Assembly: GCA_951406725.2 (NCBI GenBank)
Contig: OX597836.1
Location: 21,576,001-21,640,000 of the forward strand
Length of the DNA stretch: 64,000 bases
Direction: 5' to 3'
Origin: Octopus vulgaris
Taxonomy: Eukaryota
The notes under the pieces: model-generated
The model's database searches: none
What the model was told of the DNA's origin: nothing
Seen by the model: the letters and a program-made list of their open reading frames with translations, nothing else
Position numbers and translations under genes: made by a program
Shown here: piece after piece, positions 54,414 through 64,000 of the stretch
How the letters are laid out: each line of letters begins with the position of its first letter
How positions within the stretch are numbered: the first letter of the stretch is position 1

Positions 54414-55710
54414 ATATCTATGTATATGTGTTGTGTGTGTGTATGTATTTTGGATACATGTCTGTACGCATGCATATGTGTGTGTATGCATGTATGCACA
54501 TACACACATAACTGTTAGTGTAATATATATATTTCTATGCATTTATAACTATATCTCTTTATCTCTCAAACCCCCTCTTCCTTACCCTCTCACGTCCTCT
54601 CTCTCTCTCTCTCTCTCTCTCAACAACCTCTCAATACGGAAACCAGTAAAGTAACAAAAAAATAATGATATAATGCATACACACTCTATCGTTTGAACCT
54701 CATCAATCAATTATTCCATTAGACATCATAGTGTCCGGAAGTAGTTACTTGCTGTAGGCTTCACCAGCAACCATCCAACCATTCAACCAATCAACCATCC
54801 TTTTTTCAATTATTCGTTTACTTTGTATATTTATATATATTTATTTATTTTCTTTAAATACGAACTTTTTATATGTGCTAGCTTAAATGCATTTCATTGT
54901 TTATATGGTGGACGGCTGTGAAAACTACTTCAGTGAAAATCTCTTCTGCAATCAGTTCCTAACAGACGATAACTTTCACGGAATATTTATTAGATATCAT
55001 CAAACCCTGATCAATTAATCTACATTATCAATGTTTCTCTATAAATATCATTTATCTCATTAAAAATATTTCCATTTCCCCGGCCTCTTTCCGCTTCGTA
55101 TTTCGTTTTCTTCATTTTCTTTTCGTTTTGTTTTATATCGTCTTTATTTTTATATTTTATTTTTTCTCTACAACAGATACATTTGCATTGAAGTACAACT
55201 ATTTATTTGACAGGGGAAAACGAGTGATAGTCTACTCAGATAGAAATAACAGTTAAATTATCTTAAATAATATATTGCGTTGTCCTAGGAAAGGAAGGAT
55301 ACATCGGACAATAAAGTTTTAAATATATGAAAAGATGGGATGGTCACGGCTGGAATACATTTGATCATAGGTCAAATTAATTAAGAAATCTTTAGGTTTA
55401 AACAAACACAATGGGTGAAGTGTCTAAGCTGCATGTGCGTGTGTGTATATATATATATATACATTACGAGCAGGAATTTTCACTCATGGAGGTAGCGTCC
55501 GAAAATCTCGCTTTTCGTGTTCAGAAAAGCGCATGGATCCTGTGAACTTTTATAATGAGTCTCCTCTACACTTTGACTCTATAGACTGGTGTCGCTACCC
55601 AAGTAATTCACAATTTTATGAATATATGTTGATCCTTTCTGGTGCAAAATTACTCGCCAAGACTAATTATGGTGTGCTTTGTTGAATACAAACGTGCTTT
55701 TAAGCCGGTG

Positions 55711-55743
<33 letters not shown>

Positions 55744-55863
55744 TGTATGTATGTATGTATGTATGTATGTATGTATGTATGTATGTATGTATGTATGTAT
55801 GTATGTATCTATCTATCTATCTATCTATCTATATACATACATACATATATATATATATGTATG

Positions 55864-55915
<52 letters not shown>

Positions 55916-55919
<4 letters not shown>

Positions 55920-56004
55920 TGTAGGAAGAAATGGAGCTGAACGAAGATTTAACAAAATTCCTTTTTATTAAATCTTCGTTCAGCTCCATTTCTTCCTACA
56001 CTAA
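55916..56004. repeat. Perfect 37-bp inverted repeat with a 15-nt loop
   Basis: 55916-55952 is the exact reverse complement of 55968-56004. Confidence 0.95.
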
Positions 56005-56157
56005 ATATATAAAACTTCAAATTTCCGCACTAAGGCACGGATTTTAGGCCCCATGGTCGTAACCTCAACCGTGCTTTTTCTGTTGATTTTTGCTACCCAG
56101 GTATCGGTTATCATTTGAATTATCCGTAATAAGATAATTCATTTATCTACTTCAATA

Positions 56158-56206
<49 letters not shown>

Positions 56207-56211
<5 letters not shown>

Positions 56212-56417
56212 CCGCGTGTGTACCGTTGGCGATTTTTTTCCTCCGTCTTCCCTTCTTTGGATCTTTCCTTTTCTTATGTTTCTGACGAAGAGCCCCGCTC
56301 GAAACGTTAAACGCCCCTTCTTTCTTTCCTTTCCTGAGTGTCCAATAATACTATACTTGTTCCACGTCCTCGCGTTGTTGTGTTTTCTCTTTGTGTCTTC
56401 ATGTTTGGATTAACTTT
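56207..56417 (+). mobile_element. Family H1 element with the best-preserved minimal hammerhead
   Basis: 56278-56312 GTTT-CTGACGA-A-GAGC-CCC-GCTC-GAAA-CG-TT-AAAC. Confidence 0.72.
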
Positions 56418-56637
56418 GTGTTCATAAATTATTTTAACAAATTCAACAATTCATTTACCTATTTATTTCTTGCAATCAGTGGAGACTACGTGGAAGTGTT
56501 CCTATATTTCTAGTAAAACCTTATTGGTTTGCCTATATTTTCCTTATTTTTCATTTTTCCCTGAATATTTGAAAGTAATTCATGGACTCCCTGTATACAT
56601 ATATATGTATGAATATGTATCCATGTATGTGTATGCA

Positions 56638-56701
<64 letters not shown>

Positions 56702-56734
56702 CGTCCGTCCGTCCGTCCGTCCGTCCGTCCGTCC

Positions 56735-56841
<107 letters not shown>

Positions 56842-57203
56842 TGAAACAAGTAAAAGAGTAAACGATTTGTGTATTTATGATGGACTTCTCCATCGAAGAC
56901 AACGGATGAGCGGTCAGCATTTGCCGAAGGATCTGCGCAAATGATTTGTTTATAGTGGCCAAATAAGCTAACCCCCTCCATCAAATCGATGATCTCTGTA
57001 CAAGCGGACGGTGTACCACGTGTCAGATGTCGAAGTGACCGCAGAGCACTGTGAGATGAAGTGTTTTGCTCAAGAATACAATGTACCAACCGGTCTAGAA
57101 ATTGAAATTATGATCGCTAGATCGCGAGTGCAAGACCCTAAGCACTAAGCCATGCGCGCGCTCTCTCTCTCTGTCTCTCTCTCTCTGTCTGTCCTTCTGT
57201 CCT

Positions 57204-57239
<36 letters not shown>

Positions 57240-58061
57240 GCACGTACACACACACATCTATATAGCACAAATATAAGAAAAGCACGAAGACAAATAAAAA
57301 AAAAACAAGAGGGCATATTAGGTTTACGGTCACGAAAGTGCTCGGAGAGTGCTAGAGGCGTGAATGGCAAGGATGGTAATTATGAAGTTGACTTGAATGC
57401 GTGGCAAAAGAGAAAACGGAAATTTAGGTATGGAACTAATGCGTGCGCGCGTGTGTGTGTGTGTGCATGGCCGTGTTCGCGTATATGGCCGCGTTCGCGT
57501 ATGTGTACCGAGCTAGCGTATGCATGTATACTTTGTGTGTATTGTGTGCGTGTGTACGTGCGTATAGGTGCATGCATATATGTGTGTGAGCGTATCTGAC
57601 GTCTCTGTGTGTGTATGTGTGTGTGTGTGTGTGTGCAAGCGTGGGCGTGTGAAGTTATTGTACATGTATATACTGCGTTTGTTTCGCGTATTTTTGTGCG
57701 TTCCTATTTTCTGTGTCCATTGCGTAAAGCAAGTGCGTGCGGAGTAGAAGTGGTGCGGGAAGTGGGAAATGTAATGGGTAGCTGATGTAAATGTGTTTGG
57801 AGGAGGTGTCTAAATGGAAAAGTGGGAGTGTGGAGAATTTAAACTGAGGCCTTGCAGTCAGTATAGAGAGAGAAAATTGGGAGGCACTTTGGCTCTGCGA
57901 CAGAATTATACATACATAAACATATACATAATATATTTTAAAAATTCATTTTCTTTTTTATTTCATCTAGTTTCAGCTCACGAGCTGTGGCCATCCTGCG
58001 GCACCGCCACACACACACACACATGTATATATATATATATATGTATGTATATATATATATA

Positions 58062-58207
<146 letters not shown>

Positions 58208-58286
58208 GTATATATAAGCACTTGGAAAAGGATGCATGGCGTTCGGTCATATAATAACATAAATAATAATATAATTTATATTATAT

Positions 58287-58345
<59 letters not shown>

Positions 58346-58750
58346 AGAATAAACAGTTACACAGAAGGACGACAAAGAGCTCATGGAAAGCATTCACAAA
58401 AGATGTAGTCTCGCTCGTCCATAAGTTGTCGACTAAAAATTATAATAATTTCGTGCAATTATCGATAACATTGTTCATTTTGGTGACGTCAATATAAAAA
58501 AAAAAAACGCTGCTGGGGTATGTGAGCGGACATGCAGAGCAGGATGAAACCAAACCAATACAAAAAAGAAAAAAAAACAGAAAAAGAAAATGAAGGAAGG
58601 ACAGAGGGTCTGTAGACCGAACGGTAAAATAAATAGGTAATGGGAAAGCAAAGACGGTAACGAAAACATAAATAAATGACGCAGGTAATTATTTTCAACA
58701 TAGGTAGGAGGCCTTTCGGCTATGTAAGAGAATTAGGGCATATATACGGG

Positions 58751-58947
58751 CATACATACATACATATATACATACATACATACATACATACATACATACA
58801 TACATAGATACATACATACATAGATACATACATACATAGATACATACATACATACATAGATACATACATACATACATACATACATACATACATACATACA
58901 TACATACATACATACATACATAGTTACATACATACATACATACATAG

Positions 58948-58978
<31 letters not shown>

Positions 58979-59035
58979 GTTACATACATACATACATACA
59001 TACATAGTTACATACATACATACATACATACATAG

Positions 59036-59066
<31 letters not shown>

Positions 59067-59095
59067 CATAGTTACATACATACATACATACATAG

Positions 59096-59126
<31 letters not shown>

Positions 59127-59159
59127 CATACATACATACATACATACATACATACATAG

Positions 59160-59190
<31 letters not shown>

Positions 59191-59311
59191 CATAGTTACA
59201 TACATACATACATACATAGTTACATACATACATACATGCATACATACATACATACATACATACATACATACATACATACATAGTTACATACATACATACA
59301 TACATACATAG

Positions 59312-59342
<31 letters not shown>

Positions 59343-59427
59343 CATACATAGTTACATACATACATACATACATAGTTACATACATACATACATACATACA
59401 TAGTTACATATATACATACATACATAG

Positions 59428-59458
<31 letters not shown>

Positions 59459-59570
59459 CATACATACATACATACATACATACATACATACATACATACA
59501 TACATACATACATACATACATACATACATACATACATACATACATACATACATACATGCATTACATACAT
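58751..59570. repeat. (TACA)n array with periodic TAGA/TAGT variant units
   Basis: Directly visible. Confidence 0.97.
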
Positions 59571-59900
59571 ATGGGTCCGCCATATTTATGTGGCAAATAT
59601 ACTTTATGATTTCGTGCTGCTGCTGTTTACTTCTCGCTCAGAGATTTATTATGGCTTATATATACGCCATTTATTTGCTTCAAACATGCGATATATTTTA
59701 CTCTCAGTACGAGAAGCTCTTTCACGCGTGGAAAACTTATGTTAAGAGTGACGTACATTGTACATGTGTAACAATCAACTTTATGTCAATAGTTTCTTAT
59801 ATCTTGTTACTATGGAGTTTAGTTGTGCAATTTGGTATAACGACGCAATGTATCTGTCCTAATGGACAAACATACCTATATGCCTACCTACCTACCTACC

Positions 59901-60001
<101 letters not shown>

Positions 60002-60196
60002 CATATATATATATATATATATAACATACAAAAATGGGACAAGAACGCAAAACATCCAGACAGACGATACAAGGAAAACAAGGACGGGTCATTCGGAGTT
60101 TTCTTTCCTCAGTCGAGTTCCAGGTTATCTTTGCAATTTCGGCTGGTTATACGCGAGATCGCTCCAATCTGGCCGTATATATGTAAACAAATATAA

Positions 60197-60227
<31 letters not shown>

Positions 60228-60597
60228 TATCAAAAAGGATGTGTTATAATACTATTCCACAGTCATACCAACAATCCAATAATATATGTATGTAAACAAA
60301 TATATCTTCCAATTAACATTTCAGTCTATTTGTAATCAATTAACTTTTCCTAATAAGAAGTTGCAAGACCAGTGAATCATACCTGGTGGTTATCGATTAA
60401 TTTTTTTTTTTCGCTTTTAATACCTTTCCTCGTGCCATTCCTCCATGTATTATTACTACCTACCTCCTCCACGACCACCCCCACCACGACCACCACCACG
60501 ACTACCACCACCACCAACAACAACAACATATTACTGTTGTTTTTATAATGTGGTTTTTATCATTGTTGTCGTTTTGTTGTTGATATTATTATAATTA

Positions 60598-60598
60598 C

Positions 60599-60661
<63 letters not shown>

Positions 60662-60677
60662 CATCATCATCATTATT

Positions 60678-60709
<32 letters not shown>

Positions 60710-60713
60710 TATT

Positions 60714-60757
<44 letters not shown>

Positions 60758-60785
60758 TATTATTATTATTATTATTATCATCATT

Positions 60786-60835
<50 letters not shown>

Positions 60836-60836
60836 T

Positions 60837-60928
<92 letters not shown>

Positions 60929-60950
60929 CATCATCATCATCATTATTATT

Positions 60951-60982
<32 letters not shown>

Positions 60983-60986
60983 TATT

Positions 60987-61033
<47 letters not shown>

Positions 61034-61061
61034 TATTATTATTATTATTATTATCATCATT

Positions 61062-61105
<44 letters not shown>

Positions 61106-61106
61106 T

Positions 61107-61192
<86 letters not shown>

Positions 61193-61217
61193 CATCATCA
61201 TTATTATCATTATTATT
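60598..61217. repeat. (ATT)/(ATC) compound array with a higher-order duplication
   Basis: The block pattern repeats twice, about 270-280 bp apart. Confidence 0.93.
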
Positions 61218-61704
61218 ACCCCTGGTGTAAACAGCAAGCTGTGTTGTTACTACTATTGAGTGACATGACGTTTCCATGTCAAGTGTCATGTAAAACGAGA
61301 ACTCTCGAGACTTACGTTCGGAGCTAAAACGCAATCTCATCGATTATTCAGCTCAAAGAGCACAAATGACCATGACGTATCGAGTAACAGCGAATGAACC
61401 GAGAGGCCGGCGGTTTATTTTGGTCGTCGTCGTATCATGATGACATTTTATTCCCCGAAGCATGTGTAGAAGCCTAGCCTATAAGTTGAATATAAGCTTG
61501 TTAGAAATAGCAGCGCAATTTCCTATTTAAAGCTAACCGTCGTTAAAACGGAGGAACGGCACGTTAAATAAGGTGGTGTTAGATACACTGTGACGGGAAT
61601 AGAAGTTGGACTTGATGGTCAAAGCTGGAAAGCCTTTGACCATTCGGCCATTGGTGTACTTGATAGGCACTAAACCTGAGGTTAGACAGCAATAATCACC
61701 ACAA

Positions 61705-61860
61705 GGCGCAGGAGTGGCTGTGTGGTAAGTAGCTTGCTTACCAACCACATGGTCCGGAATTAAGTCCCACTGCGTAGTACCTTGGGCAAGTGTCTTCTGC
61801 CTCAGGCCAACCAAAGCCTTGTGAGTGGATTTGGTAGACGGAAACTGGAAGAATTCCGTC

Positions 61861-61862
<2 letters not shown>
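61705..61862 (+). mobile_element. SINE family A 5' half, followed by (TA)n and an H2 fragment
   Basis: Head match; H2 on minus strand at 61890-62005. Confidence 0.85.
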
Positions 61863-61896
<34 letters not shown>

Positions 61897-63271
61897 AGAG
61901 TTCACGAAAAAAAACAAAAGACAAAACAGGTGGTGTACAAAACAAACAGATGTATTAGTATAACACTCAGGAATAGAAAAAGTCTTTTACGTTTCGAGCC
62001 TACGCACTCAAATGAGTGAAACTAGTGAAAGAGTACAACAATAGTAGTTGACGTGAATTACGTGAAGCCATTACAGTTTATCTCAACTGTTAGAAACGCA
62101 CTCTGTTGCCCAAAGGAGTGTGTAGCATACTTGGAATTATGTGGTACGAGGTATACTGTATCTAGTACCTCATTAGTAACGTGACGCCTATCCTTTCTGC
62201 CTCTGAAGTTGACCAGGTTATCGGCTTTATACCTCGTGGGTTCTTGCGGGGAGATTGCTTATTAGGCCAGTATTGGCACGAAATCTGCAATTACAGTGTG
62301 GCAAATTATAGCAGAGTCAGAAGACAGCGGGACAGAATCAGAACCTCCCCCACACGCGCGCAAACACACACACATACACACACACTCGCACACACACGCA
62401 CATACACACACACACACTCGCACACACACATATACGCACATGCAACAGACTCGCACACACACATACACACACATATACTCTCGCCCACACACTCGCACAC
62501 TTACACACACACGCACACTCGTACACACACACACACACTCACACACACACTCACACACACATATACGCACATGCAACAGACTCACACATACACATACATA
62601 TACTCTCGCCCACACACTCGCACACTTACACACACACACTCACTCGCACACCCACACACACGTATGACATTCATCACTTACATCTCTCGAAGACAACCAG
62701 ATTTGCAGCTTTACCCTTTGTGGGTTTTGGCGTGGTTTATTAAGCCAACATTGGCATAAAATTCCTGGCAACAATGGGGAATGGTGGGACGTAAAGGAGA
62801 GTCATTAGTCAATGTCTGTTGGTACCAGTAATTGAGTGTGTATATACGTTTTTGTATGTCTTGTACGCATGCGCAATCGTGTGTCTCTGTGCGTGGTATG
62901 TAAGCAGTGAAAGTGTATATTTGAATGAGTGCATTGAAACGTATGAGCATGTGTTTGTGAGAACGTGAGTGAGTGTGAGTGTGTGAATGAGAGGAGAAGA
63001 AGGAGCAAGGAAGAGTGGGAAGAAGTAGTGGTCAGTACGACTAAGCATAGCTAAACGTGTGTGAACATGTCCGCTTACTTTTCTGTGAATGTGTATATCT
63101 TTGTATTCACGTGTGTGTGTGTGTATGCTTGGCAGTGAATGTACATATCTATGTAAAAGCTTATGTATATGTGTGTGTGCGTATATATATATATATACAT
63201 CAGAAAAATAATTTTAATTGCATATGTATTTATATACGTATGCATAAATGTGTATGAATATATATATATAT

Positions 63272-63302
<31 letters not shown>

Positions 63303-63344
63303 AAATAAATCTCTGAGCGAGGTATAAACAGTAGCTGCACGACA

Positions 63345-63684
63345 TCGTGAAGTATATTTGCCACTTAAATGTGGCTAACCCTTAAGGATGGATGCTACTG
63401 TAGCTTATCTATGTAGCTTGTAGCCCCAGGAGGACACCTCATCCTGCTGGCTATTGACACACTTTCTATACTCTCTCAGTATTTGCAAAGGGAAGCCATC
63501 TTTCCCATCTTCAACCTGACATGACACACACGGACTCGAGTTTCTGGGTATTGACCCAGGGCACAGATAGGGCACAGAAAGTGTGTCAATAGCCAGCTGG
63601 AGGAGGTGTCCTTTGGGGTTACATGCTACAGTAGCATCCACCCTTAGGAGTTAGCCACATTTAAGGGGCAAATATACTTCACGA
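63345..63684. mobile_element. Fold-back element (about 110-120-bp arms) with a hammerhead half-motif in the spacer
   Basis: Arms about 63345-63466 and 63576-63684; minus-strand spacer TGGGT-CAAT-ACCCA-GAAA-CTCGAG-TC. Confidence 0.75.
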
Positions 63685-63698
63685 GATATATATATATG

Positions 63699-63803
<105 letters not shown>

Positions 63804-63809
63804 GTCCTT

Positions 63810-63968
63810 TCTGGATCGATAAAATAACTGGTGCTTATTTTCTCAACCCAGAAAAGATGAGAGGTAAAGCCGGCCTCAACAGGATTTGAACTCAAAACAT
63901 GAAGTGCTTGAAGAAATGCCACTGACCATTTTGCCCTGCGTGGTAACGTCCCTGCTAGCTCACCACTT
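63810..63968 (-). mobile_element. Old SINE B fragment
   Basis: Degenerate GGATTTGAACTCA and head motifs. Confidence 0.6.
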
Positions 63969-64000
63969 TAATAATAATGATGATAATGTCTGGTTTAGGT

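Noticed and set aside
60543-61340. 265-aa Asp/Asn-rich biomineralisation-like ORF
   Set aside because: It is almost entirely an ATT/ATC microsatellite with no signal peptide or splice context

Overview
AT-rich eukaryotic non-coding DNA packed with microsatellites and short interspersed repeats. The repeat families and composition look like a coleoid cephalopod (Octopus-like) genome; that is recall and inference, not a database match. I find no intact protein-coding gene. Almost all listed ORFs are translations of simple repeats or SINEs. Recognisable content: four tRNA-derived SINE families (called A-D here), an old SINE-like family (F), four non-autonomous Helitrons, hAT and piggyBac MITEs, mariner and Tc1 transposase remnants, a Dong/R4 endonuclease remnant in (TAA)n, and two Tx1-like LINE 3' ends in (TATC)n. 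Three signals stand out. (1) About 19 intact-to-decayed minimal type I hammerhead-ribozyme-like motifs from several unrelated short families, mostly beside (TA)n tracts and often in the spacer of long fold-back repeats, as in Penelope-like elements. (2) A textbook AG|GTAAGT recursive-splice (ratchet) site at 23268-23312, suggesting a giant + strand intron. (3) Each retroelement family occupies its own microsatellite type. All coordinates were read by hand and repeat edges are approximate.
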